Sequence record: OR670491
Length of the DNA stretch: 64,000 nucleotides
Origin: Escherichia phage vB_EcoM_JNE01
Reading direction: 5' to 3' (one strand)
Position 1 is the stretch's first letter, and each line of letters begins with the position of its first letter. A program made the translations under genes and the position numbers. The notes beneath the pieces are model-generated. The model was not told the DNA's origin, ran no database searches, and was given only the letters and a program-made list of their open reading frames with translations. Shown one piece after another: positions 56,047 to 64,000 of this stretch.

Positions 56047-56892
56047 GTGTTTGATTTCAGTAATGTTAAAAATAAATCAGTTGAAGACGAAAGTAAACCA
56101 ACACAACATTCTTTTGGTATTACTGATATTCTTCAACAGATTGACCGAGCCAACTACAACTATTACAATGAAATGACTGAGAAAGAGCGTAAAGACTTTA
56201 CGCCTTATACTGTTCTACGCTGGGTAAGTTCCTTAGATGATTCTCTACAGGTAACTTATCCAAGTTCTAAAGTGGAAAGTGTATTTGGTAAATGGAAAAA
56301 TGGTGGCAAAGAAGCACTATCTGAACTCGTTGAAGAGATGAAGAAATCTGGTATCAATGTATCATCAGTTACAAAGTACTGTCATGGTGATTACGATTGG
56401 CGTATCAAATTCGCAGTTCAAGGTCAAGGTGATGCTGCAACTCTAATCAGCAACATGACTGAATTTAACATTACTGGATCACAAATCATTTCCTTAGTGG
56501 ACAGTGATGTGGTAAAATACCAACTAATCATGCTGAATGATATGGTGAACGATGGGTTTTGGGATATGAAAGACCACCCTGAGCTTGTATACCAATTGAT
56601 GTGTTCAGTGCATGATATGCTTGGTGGTAAAGAACTACAAAGAAACTGGTTGAACTTCTCTAAAAGTTTCAAACATTCTAATAACGAATTGTTTGCTTTA
56701 CTAAAGAGTACTCAACCAGATAGCATTTCAGCACAAATGAATGAAGACGAATACAAGATTGTTCTCATGCAGTATGATAAGAAATCTTTTGAGGTATTAC
56801 TAAACAGTATGGGATACCAAGACAAAGATGCTAAATCCATGATGAAACTATTCAAAGAAGAATGTAAAAAATATGGCAAAGAAATCAAGTAG
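56047..56892 (+). CDS. Hypothetical protein (281 aa)
   Basis: ORF (GTG start in track), tightly packed with neighbours. Confidence 0.45.
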   Translation: MFDFSNVKNKSVEDESKPTQHSFGITDILQQIDRANYNYYNEMTEKERKDFTPYTVLRWVSSLDDSLQVTYPSSKVESVFGKWKNGGKEALSELVEEMKKSGINVSSVTKYCHGDYDWRIKFAVQGQGDAATLISNMTEFNITGSQIISLVDSDVVKYQLIMLNDMVNDGFWDMKDHPELVYQLMCSVHDMLGGKELQRNWLNFSKSFKHSNNELFALLKSTQPDSISAQMNEDEYKIVLMQYDKKSFEVLLNSMGYQDKDAKSMMKLFKEECKKYGKEIK

Positions 56893-57583
56893 TCCAGTTT
56901 TTCAATGCAAATTTTGTGATCGTGAATTCAAACGTGAAGATACCGTAAACACTCATAAATGTGTTAAGCGTGATCGTTACGACGACAGAGAGAGCCGCCC
57001 GATGAGGGAGGCTTTTCGTCTTTATATGCAATTCATGGAAATCAATAAGTTTCCTTTCAAGAAAGGAGTGGAACCTTTCATTGGTTTCATTAAGTCAAAG
57101 TACTTTAATGATTTCTATGACTTCGCAACATACTATTTAAATAATCGTGATATTTTACGTATTGATGAATTCACAGAACATTTAATGCGTACTGGTACTC
57201 CAATTACAATGTGGAGTACATACAAAGAGAAAGACAGTTGGGTACTGAGTTGTATCCGTTCAGAACTGCCAAGAGATGGTGTAGTTCGAAGCATCAACGC
57301 ATTAGTTGAGTGGGGAGAAACCGTACACAAAGAATGGAATACTTTCTTCCAGAACGTGAGTTCAGCCCGTGCAATCTCGTGGATTGAGAGTGGTAAGATC
57401 TCACCTTGGATTCTATGGTTATCTCCAAGAGAAAGTGTTAACAATTTCATGTCAAACTTCTCACATTCAGAATTAGAATATATACTTAAATACATTGACT
57501 ATAGTTACTTTGAGATTAAAACAATCAAGTACCGTAGTGATTGTGATAATATACGAGCTATGCTCAAGGAAGCAGGATTATGA
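56873..57583 (+). CDS. Hypothetical protein with N-terminal C2H2-like zinc finger
   Basis: FQCKFCDREFKREDTVNTHKC motif. Confidence 0.5.
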   Translation: MAKKSSSPVFQCKFCDREFKREDTVNTHKCVKRDRYDDRESRPMREAFRLYMQFMEINKFPFKKGVEPFIGFIKSKYFNDFYDFATYYLNNRDILRIDEFTEHLMRTGTPITMWSTYKEKDSWVLSCIRSELPRDGVVRSINALVEWGETVHKEWNTFFQNVSSARAISWIESGKISPWILWLSPRESVNNFMSNFSHSELEYILKYIDYSYFEIKTIKYRSDCDNIRAMLKEAGL

Positions 57584-57909
57584 ATAATAAAAGTATATAC
57601 AATAAAATACCTGAAGGGTATGTGCCAACCCCAAAGGTTGACAAGAGTAGAGAGATTAGTTTATTAAGGCAGGGTTCTATTACTGAGATTACACTTGATG
57701 GGTCAACCTTTCAAGTATCTGATCCAGTACGAATTGAAAAGATAATTAAACTTGTTGAAAGACACGATGAACGATTGTATAATATGAATCAGGAATTATT
57801 ACAATACAAGCGTGCTTGTGCACAGTTGGAACAGAAAGTCAACAAACTTTCCATAACTGTGAATAAATTACAGGAGCAGATTAAGAATGCAGGACTCGAC
57901 AGGTTCTAA
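57580..57909 (+). CDS. Hypothetical protein with C-terminal coiled coil
   Basis: ATGA overlap coupling; heptad-like C-terminus. Confidence 0.45.
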   Translation: MNNKSIYNKIPEGYVPTPKVDKSREISLLRQGSITEITLDGSTFQVSDPVRIEKIIKLVERHDERLYNMNQELLQYKRACAQLEQKVNKLSITVNKLQEQIKNAGLDRF

Positions 57910-58525
57910 TCATTACAGAAAAGCAAGGACTGATATTGACATTGACTTCAAAGATAGTAAGTCAGTGATTGCAATGTTACCTTGCATTAGAAGTACTGAA
58001 AAAATTACCGAAGATGGATTGATTGCACACAATAGTGGTGTTCATTTTGATAACATCCCAGTTGACCCAATCTCCGGTCTAGCAAGCATTCAATACAAAG
58101 AAGCCGAAAGATTGGGATACCAAAAGGTTGATATCCTGTCACAATCGGCTTATATGTACGTGCGTGACAGAAAACATCTAAAGGAACTTATGAATCGTGA
58201 ACCAGATTGGAGTCACTTATTAGTACCGGAAATTGTTGACAATCTATCACAAATTAAAAAACACATAACGTTACTTAACGTTTGGAAACCGCAAACTATC
58301 GACCAACTAGCTATGTTTATCGCTATGATTCGACCGGGTAAACGCGAATGCCAAAGTATGAACACATGGTCTGAAGTTGAGGCTGTTATTTGGGATTACA
58401 GCACTATCGGTACAGATCAGAGTGGGAACAAGCTACGTTACTTCAAAAAGCCACATGCTTATGCATATAGCTTAATGATTGTCGTGCAACTTAATGCACT
58501 GGTTGAACATCTTACTTCTTCTTAA
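57887..58525 (+). CDS. Hypothetical protein (212 aa)
   Basis: ORF overlapping upstream gene. Confidence 0.45.
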   Translation: MQDSTGSNHYRKARTDIDIDFKDSKSVIAMLPCIRSTEKITEDGLIAHNSGVHFDNIPVDPISGLASIQYKEAERLGYQKVDILSQSAYMYVRDRKHLKELMNREPDWSHLLVPEIVDNLSQIKKHITLLNVWKPQTIDQLAMFIAMIRPGKRECQSMNTWSEVEAVIWDYSTIGTDQSGNKLRYFKKPHAYAYSLMIVVQLNALVEHLTSS

Positions 58526-58925
58526 GTGCCACGTTGCGACGTTTAATACGCTTCTGTGGCAAATCACTTAAAGACACAGTTGGGCCACATACGAAATTCA
58601 CCGCTGGGGTATCGAATCTCTGTGTGTAAGGCTCAAATTTTTCCATTTCTTCTTGAAAAAATAAACATACTGGGATGTTTCTGTTGCTTTGCCACCACCA
58701 GTCATGTGCTATGCTAAGTAATTCGTCTTGCATTGGCTCATTCATATCATCAAAGGAGTAAAGAGTAGTGTACTGTTTACTTTTGATTTTGATAATACCA
58801 ATGTAAGTTTTGCCATCACACTGCACAACAGTAATGAATGGTGGAATAGTATTATATTGATTCATATGAGTTCCATAAATATTAGTATAAATGTTATACC
58901 TATTATTTATGGAAGGAAAAATCAT
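58512..58925 (-). CDS. Hypothetical protein (137 aa), lone minus-strand gene in plus-strand block
   Basis: ORF on opposite strand, convergent with 57887-58525. Confidence 0.4.
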   Translation of the reverse strand: MIFPSINNRYNIYTNIYGTHMNQYNTIPPFITVVQCDGKTYIGIIKIKSKQYTTLYSFDDMNEPMQDELLSIAHDWWWQSNRNIPVCLFFQEEMEKFEPYTQRFDTPAVNFVCGPTVSLSDLPQKRIKRRNVALKKK

Positions 58926-59901
58926 GGCTCATCACGGTGTCTTTATGTACCCTTATAATCAGGAAGTCTCGTTGGGCAATTTTAATATGCCATATAGCAA
59001 CGAGAAGCTTACTATATATCGAGGTGCAAATAATACTTTATCTTTTACAGTACATAATGCTGATGGAAAATATACTCTTTTAAAAGATAATGAATATCTT
59101 ACTTTTATGATATTCGATGCACGTAATAATACTAAACTAATTGATATAGTACTTGAAAAAGTTAAACCAAGTTGGCTATCAGAAAGTGGTCAAGCACGTC
59201 AAACACTTGGTAATAGTAAGAAAGTTTACTATGGATGTATAGTTCCAGCAGGTGTTATCCAAGATACAAGTCCTGGTTCTAAGTATCGCTGGAGTATTAC
59301 AAAAGTTACAATGGACGGTTCTCTAATTGAACCTACGCAGTACTTGTATACGGGTCATGACTATGAAGCATGTGGTGATTTGATTATATCTGATCAAGCT
59401 GCTCCTGTATTTGTACCAAGTGTTGAAGTGTCAAGAAATAAGAATCCAGCATGGACTTCTATTATGCGTTTGTATCATGAACCGATTGCAATGGGAATGA
59501 CTGGTGAATTTGATATTCTTGCTTCTTCCCCTCTACCTGCACAGATGCAGTACGGATTGGTAGATGGTTTGAGTACTCTCGCTATGTATTTTGATAACTT
59601 CATTGGACGTATCCAATTACAAGGGTGTTTATGTAACAACGTACCTACAGATAATGAAAACTATAAATGGTTTATCATTAAATTGGATGGTAAAGATTAT
59701 ATAGAAAATGGTATTGATGCTAATGGTTTTGCTAAACCACTAGACGACATACAAGCTTTTAACTTTAAAGGTAACTATATGTGGTTGCGTTTGGTTGTAT
59801 GTATACATCCAAAGGTTGAACCTGTCCCTTATGACTATGCAGCAGTTAGAAAGATCTACGATCCTCTATTAACTGTTCCAAAAATTTTGATTCGCAGATG
59901 A
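58924..59901 (+). CDS. Hypothetical protein (late-type upstream motif)
   Basis: ATG 58924 with RBS GGAAGG; TATAAAT-like element upstream. Confidence 0.5.
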   Translation: MAHHGVFMYPYNQEVSLGNFNMPYSNEKLTIYRGANNTLSFTVHNADGKYTLLKDNEYLTFMIFDARNNTKLIDIVLEKVKPSWLSESGQARQTLGNSKKVYYGCIVPAGVIQDTSPGSKYRWSITKVTMDGSLIEPTQYLYTGHDYEACGDLIISDQAAPVFVPSVEVSRNKNPAWTSIMRLYHEPIAMGMTGEFDILASSPLPAQMQYGLVDGLSTLAMYFDNFIGRIQLQGCLCNNVPTDNENYKWFIIKLDGKDYIENGIDANGFAKPLDDIQAFNFKGNYMWLRLVVCIHPKVEPVPYDYAAVRKIYDPLLTVPKILIRR

Positions 59902-59927
59902 GACAACACTGATGTTCGTGATATAAT
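59899..59927 (+). promoter_or_regulatory. Sigma70-type early promoter (TGAGAC-17-TGATATAAT) upstream of primase gene
   Basis: -35 TGAGAC 59899-59904; GTTCGTGATATAAT block 59914-59927. Confidence 0.5.
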
Positions 59928-59956
59928 CGTTTGTGAATAAGAATGAGGAATATATC

Positions 59957-61006
59957 ATGAACGCAGTACAAAACATAATGGCACAAATCATGAATGACCC
60001 AGTGCCAGGTATTGGTATGTGGACACATCACAATTGTCCAGTGTGTGTGTTCCGTGGTCATTCCCGTCCCGACACAAAGGGTCGTGGTAATCATATGTTC
60101 AACGCTGATGGTTCAGTGTCGTACAACTGCTTCAACTGTAGTTTAAAAACTGGTTGGCAACCAGGAAAATATATGAGCAAAGATATGGAGTCTTTGCTCA
60201 TTTCTTTTGGAGCACAGGATAAAGAAATAGAATTAGCCAAATTCTATATTAAAGAAATGGTTGAAAGTGGTGAGTTTGGTGAAATCGAAACCACAGCAAC
60301 TAAGTTGTACCAAAGGGTAACTGTACGTGATCTTCCTCCAACTGCTAAGAAATTAACAGAGTGGGTCGCAGAAGATAATATCCCAAATGAGTTTTATAGT
60401 GTTCTAAACCATATCAACGAACGTAATCCATATTTGTTAGATTTGGATTTGTATTGGAGTCCTTCAAAGGAACATAAGATGTATGATCGTTTTATCATCC
60501 CTTATGTTATGAATGGTAAAATTGTCGGTTACACAGCTAGACATAAGTTGAAAGACCCAGGAGCAACATATCGTTTTATCAATCAGGTCAGTACTAATAT
60601 TTTATATAACTATGATTTATTACAAGATGACAGAATAAAGACAATTCTAGTTTGTGAAGGTCCATTAGATGCAGCATTAATGGGTGGAGTATCAGCAAAC
60701 AACTTTAAACTATCATCAGTACAGATTGATGTACTCAAAGCTGCACAGGCTAAGGGTAAGAAGATAGTAGTAGTTCCAGACCGTGATAAGGATGGATTGG
60801 TAACAATCGAGCAAGCCCTTGAGAATGAATTTTCAGTATCATTTCCAGATTTTGGAACAGTAAGGGAAGGTAGCAATATCCGTCATATTAAAGATTTCGA
60901 AGAAGCGTGTGCTCGTTTTGGTAGATTATTTTGTTTACAACTGATACATGAAAGTACAGTTGACGAACCTTTCTATATTAAAGCACAAACGGATAAGTGG
61001 ATGTAA
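59957..61006 (+). CDS. DNA primase (T4 gp61-like; zinc ribbon + TOPRIM)
   Basis: Zn ribbon CPVCVF...NCFNC; TOPRIM-like VCEGPLDA and VVPDRDKDG. Confidence 0.8.
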   Translation: MNAVQNIMAQIMNDPVPGIGMWTHHNCPVCVFRGHSRPDTKGRGNHMFNADGSVSYNCFNCSLKTGWQPGKYMSKDMESLLISFGAQDKEIELAKFYIKEMVESGEFGEIETTATKLYQRVTVRDLPPTAKKLTEWVAEDNIPNEFYSVLNHINERNPYLLDLDLYWSPSKEHKMYDRFIIPYVMNGKIVGYTARHKLKDPGATYRFINQVSTNILYNYDLLQDDRIKTILVCEGPLDAALMGGVSANNFKLSSVQIDVLKAAQAKGKKIVVVPDRDKDGLVTIEQALENEFSVSFPDFGTVREGSNIRHIKDFEEACARFGRLFCLQLIHESTVDEPFYIKAQTDKWM

Positions 61007-61027
61007 AATGTAAATGAGGGAACATAA

Positions 61028-62545
61028 ATGAACCAAAACACAGTGGACGTGAAACAATATGGGATTAACGCACAACAGTACCTATTGTCGCAGGTTTTCA
61101 GCAATCCAGATTTGTATGTTCGTTGTAAGAACATTCTAAAGCCAGAATACTTTGATAATACATTCCGTGAAAGTATTAAGTTTGTTCACGATTATAGTGC
61201 AAAGTATAGTGCATCACCTACACTAAAAGATATTGAAGTGAAAGGTGGTTATCAGTATGATGTATATGAAGTAACAGAACTTCACAAGCAATCAGTACTG
61301 GATACATGCAGTGAATTTTGCCGTCACAAAGCACTTGCATTAGCAGTTGAAAAAGGTATGGAATTAGTACACCAGAAAAAATATGGTGGTATTGAAGAAC
61401 TAATTCGTGAAGCGATGTTGGTATCAGTACAGAACGAGTTAGGTCTGGATGTATTTGAAAATCCAGAAGATACCATTCGTTCATTGAGTACTATGCAAGG
61501 TTCCTTTAAGAGTGGTTGGGAAACTCTTGATTATAAATTATTTGGTGGTTTTGGTCGTCGTGAACTTGAAATTTTCGCTGCTGCTTCCGGTGGTGGTAAG
61601 TCAGTTGTTCTACAAAACCTAGCAGTAAACTTTGCTAAAGCTGGTTTGAATGGAGCATACATTTCACTAGAACTAGCAGAAGAGTTGGTTGCAGTACGTA
61701 TCTATGGTATGATGACTGAATCTAAACTAAGTAACGTAAAACAAGATGCAACTAACATTGGGTTGCAAGTGCAGGTTGAAGGTAAAAACAGTGGTGTACT
61801 ACGTATCAAGCGTTTACCAGAATCTGTTACAACTACCGATGATATTGAAAGCTATCTTCGTGAACTACAAATTAAGCTTGAGATTAAGCTTGACTATGTT
61901 TGCGTGGACTACCTTGACTTGTTAACATCAAACCGTTTGGGTTCAAATGACCAATCGAACGCATTCGTAAAAGATAAGTTTGTATCTGAAGAATTACGTG
62001 CACTTGCAACTAAACTTGACCTAACTGTATTCACTGCATCACAGTTTAACCGTGGTGGTATTAGTGAAGATAAGAAAAGTCAAAGTCAGATTGCTGGTGG
62101 TATTTCTAAGATCTATACCGCAGATAACGTAATTTACATTGAAGCACGTAAAGAACTAGGTGAGATGTGGTTTGACTTCCAGAAAACACGTAACAGTAGT
62201 GCAGTAGGTTCTCGTTTGCGTATGTCTTATGATATGGACTCACTACGAGTTCTAGATCATGCAACTACAGTACAGCAAATGGAAATGGAAGGAAGCGGCT
62301 TTAAACACAGCGGTAACTGCCGTGTTGGTGGTGGGATGGTGTCACCCCCTAATGCTATGCAAACATTGCGTCATCAGCTTTCTAATGCGTCTAATACTAC
62401 ATCAGAAACTATTCCTGCAACCACAACACTAAATAGTGTTAGTGAGCAAGTTTCCACCAATGTGTCGGAAACTGTGAAACCACAAGAACACTCAGGTAAT
62501 GACCGTGTTAATGCTATGAAGCAATGGTTGAATCAAAGGAAATAA
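61028..62545 (+). CDS. Replicative DNA helicase, DnaB family (T4 gp41-like)
   Basis: Walker A AAASGGGKS, DnaB-type C-terminal RecA-like fold motifs (DYLDLL, FTASQFNRGG). Confidence 0.85.
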   Translation: MNQNTVDVKQYGINAQQYLLSQVFSNPDLYVRCKNILKPEYFDNTFRESIKFVHDYSAKYSASPTLKDIEVKGGYQYDVYEVTELHKQSVLDTCSEFCRHKALALAVEKGMELVHQKKYGGIEELIREAMLVSVQNELGLDVFENPEDTIRSLSTMQGSFKSGWETLDYKLFGGFGRRELEIFAAASGGGKSVVLQNLAVNFAKAGLNGAYISLELAEELVAVRIYGMMTESKLSNVKQDATNIGLQVQVEGKNSGVLRIKRLPESVTTTDDIESYLRELQIKLEIKLDYVCVDYLDLLTSNRLGSNDQSNAFVKDKFVSEELRALATKLDLTVFTASQFNRGGISEDKKSQSQIAGGISKIYTADNVIYIEARKELGEMWFDFQKTRNSSAVGSRLRMSYDMDSLRVLDHATTVQQMEMEGSGFKHSGNCRVGGGMVSPPNAMQTLRHQLSNASNTTSETIPATTTLNSVSEQVSTNVSETVKPQEHSGNDRVNAMKQWLNQRK

Positions 62546-62820
62546 TGATGGCGAATGAATCCAGTAAAAATAATCTACTTGATAGTATAGTAAACTATAC
62601 ACCAGAGAAGAATACATTACAGAGTTTTGGCAATCGTGCAGATCATGCCATTAACTCTGTCATTCATTTATTGGAAAGTATAGAAAATGAGTTCAACAAT
62701 GCAGATGCCGAAGATCTCAAGAAGCGTTTGTTTCTTAGTATTAAGAATCGTGATTACAAGAAGTTTCAAAAGGGTTTAGAAAACATTGCTCTTGATGAAA
62801 AACGTAATAAAGGTAATTGA
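62545..62820 (+). CDS. Hypothetical small protein
   Basis: ORF with RBS AAGGAAA; overlaps helicase stop. Confidence 0.4.
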   Translation: MMANESSKNNLLDSIVNYTPEKNTLQSFGNRADHAINSVIHLLESIENEFNNADAEDLKKRLFLSIKNRDYKKFQKGLENIALDEKRNKGN

Positions 62821-62821
62821 T

Positions 62822-62986
62822 ATGAAAAAGAAAATTAAAGAGAACGCTTCTGCCGGAGCTACATCTGCTGGTGCTGTTGCATCAGTAAGCACTGGACTTA
62901 ATTATCCATTACTTCGCAGAATGCCACCAACCAACTTCTTTGGATATAAAGAATACAAAGTCAAAAATCAGAAAGGTGATGAATGA
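62822..62986 (+). CDS. Hypothetical small protein
   Basis: Short ORF coupled to neighbours. Confidence 0.3.
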   Translation: MKKKIKENASAGATSAGAVASVSTGLNYPLLRRMPPTNFFGYKEYKVKNQKGDE

Positions 62987-63375
62987 AACCATACACGTTC
63001 TACACAATTAATACAGTTGTAGATATTGGTGATGGTAGCACTCCAACAATCATTGATTCTAAGTTCACTGGAGCTATGAATCTATCAAGGTTGTTGGAGT
63101 GTGTTATGGAGTATGATTATCCTATGATGGTAAGTGTAGTAAAGACTGAAGTGAATCTGTGTGATGAAAACAATTCTTCTTTCTATAACTTACCTTCTAC
63201 ATGGGGAAAATGTATAGTCAGTACTTTTAAATTTGCTATCCCAATGGATGTAGAATTACGTATTAATGGAATACCATTAGTACTTCCAACTGTAGTTAAT
63301 AATAATCGAATTACAAAATTCGCAATTACAGGTAAAGAATCAAATATAAGCATCAGCAAACAGACCTTTTCTTAA
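62983..63375 (+). CDS. Hypothetical protein (130 aa)
   Basis: ATGA overlap with upstream ORF. Confidence 0.45.
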   Translation: MKPYTFYTINTVVDIGDGSTPTIIDSKFTGAMNLSRLLECVMEYDYPMMVSVVKTEVNLCDENNSSFYNLPSTWGKCIVSTFKFAIPMDVELRINGIPLVLPTVVNNNRITKFAITGKESNISISKQTFS

Positions 63376-63431
63376 TTGTGATAAATATCATAAAGCAAGA
63401 CAAAGGTCTTTTTATTTTATTTGGAGAAAAC

Positions 63432-64000
63432 ATGAACATTGACCAAACAGCAAGCGAACTTCAGAAATTCGCTGATGCACATAATCTAAATATGGATGTT
63501 TCCGTAGTATTGGATAACATGGATGCAGGTGACTTCATTACACTAAACGCAGCTATTGATAATTCAGATAATCGTGAAATCTTCCAATTGCTTCAGAAAT
63601 ACAAAGCACAAATGAGTGAAAGCTACAAACTATTCAGTACTCGTAACATTTCTCGTCATATCAATGAAAGCAGCGAAACTGTAGCTAAAGTTGAAAACAT
63701 GACAGCTAAAGAATTAAATGAAGCATATGCTAAACAATATACTTATGCCGATACTACTAAACTTAGCCTACAAGAACTAAAAACTATTGTATATGAAGAT
63801 ATTACTCAAATGCAATCTAATCAACTTGCTAAGATGAATGTATCCCAACAACAGCAACAAGTTAACCCACAAACCCAAGCGAAACTTAAACAAGCAGAAC
63901 TTCAACGTAATGCTAATAACATGAAAGTAAGTGTTCCTGGGAATCAAAGCGGTACAGATGCTATTGAACCAGTTGTTGGTGTAGACCCAGGCCAGAACCC
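63432..64000 (+). CDS. Hypothetical protein, 3-prime truncated by window edge
   Basis: Manual translation MNIDQTASELQKFADAHNL... remains open to window end; RBS GGAG upstream. Confidence 0.5.
   Translation, partial: MNIDQTASELQKFADAHNLNMDVSVVLDNMDAGDFITLNAAIDNSDNREIFQLLQKYKAQMSESYKLFSTRNISRHINESSETVAKVENMTAKELNEAYAKQYTYADTTKLSLQELKTIVYEDITQMQSNQLAKMNVSQQQQQVNPQTQAKLKQAELQRNANNMKVSVPGNQSGTDAIEPVVGVDPGQN

Overview
This window reads as a contiguous, densely coding segment of a T4-like contractile-tailed phage (myovirus) genome, AT-rich, with no rRNA, tRNA or CRISPR array detected by eye. Calls rest on manual motif comparison with remembered T4 proteins; no database search was run. Layout: (1) 1-16186, minus strand, a baseplate/tail module: a giant structural ORF running off the window edge, gp6/J-like wedge, an inserted homing-endonuclease-like gene, gp25/W-like, a T4-type lysozyme, a gp5-like spike with a second lysozyme domain, a hub candidate, a LysM-like protein. 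(2) 16313-20327, plus strand: gp55-like late sigma factor, gp47 (Mre11/SbcD-like) and gp46 (Rad50/SbcC-like). (3) 20940-21640: an ORF-poor, promoter/terminator-bounded region that may encode a ~450-nt structured RNA. (4) 23420-31745: head module with portal (gp20-like), acidic core protein, prohead protease (gp21-like), scaffold and major capsid protein (gp23-like). (5) 31890-35839: two endonuclease-like genes carrying T5orf172/GIY-YIG-like domains, then a His-x-His tail fibre and its chaperone. (6) 36319-62545: replication/recombination and packaging genes: family-B DNA polymerase, GroES-like co-chaperonin, RNase H, large terminase interrupted by a LAGLIDADG intein in the Walker A motif, gp32-like SSB, UvsX, UvsY-like, DnaQ-like exonuclease, UvsW-like helicase, primase and DnaB-type helicase. 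Regulatory signals visible directly: many hairpin+T-run terminators, sigma70-type early promoters (TGAGAC/TTGAAC-17-TGnTATAAT, often followed by a conserved GTTTGT leader), and a late-type motif TAAATAATATCA. The most novel-looking items are the terminase intein, the candidate ncRNA locus, the modular endonuclease-like genes, the adjacent duplicated lysozyme modules, a strongly acidic early protein, and a block of four unknown genes between the UvsW-like helicase and the primase.
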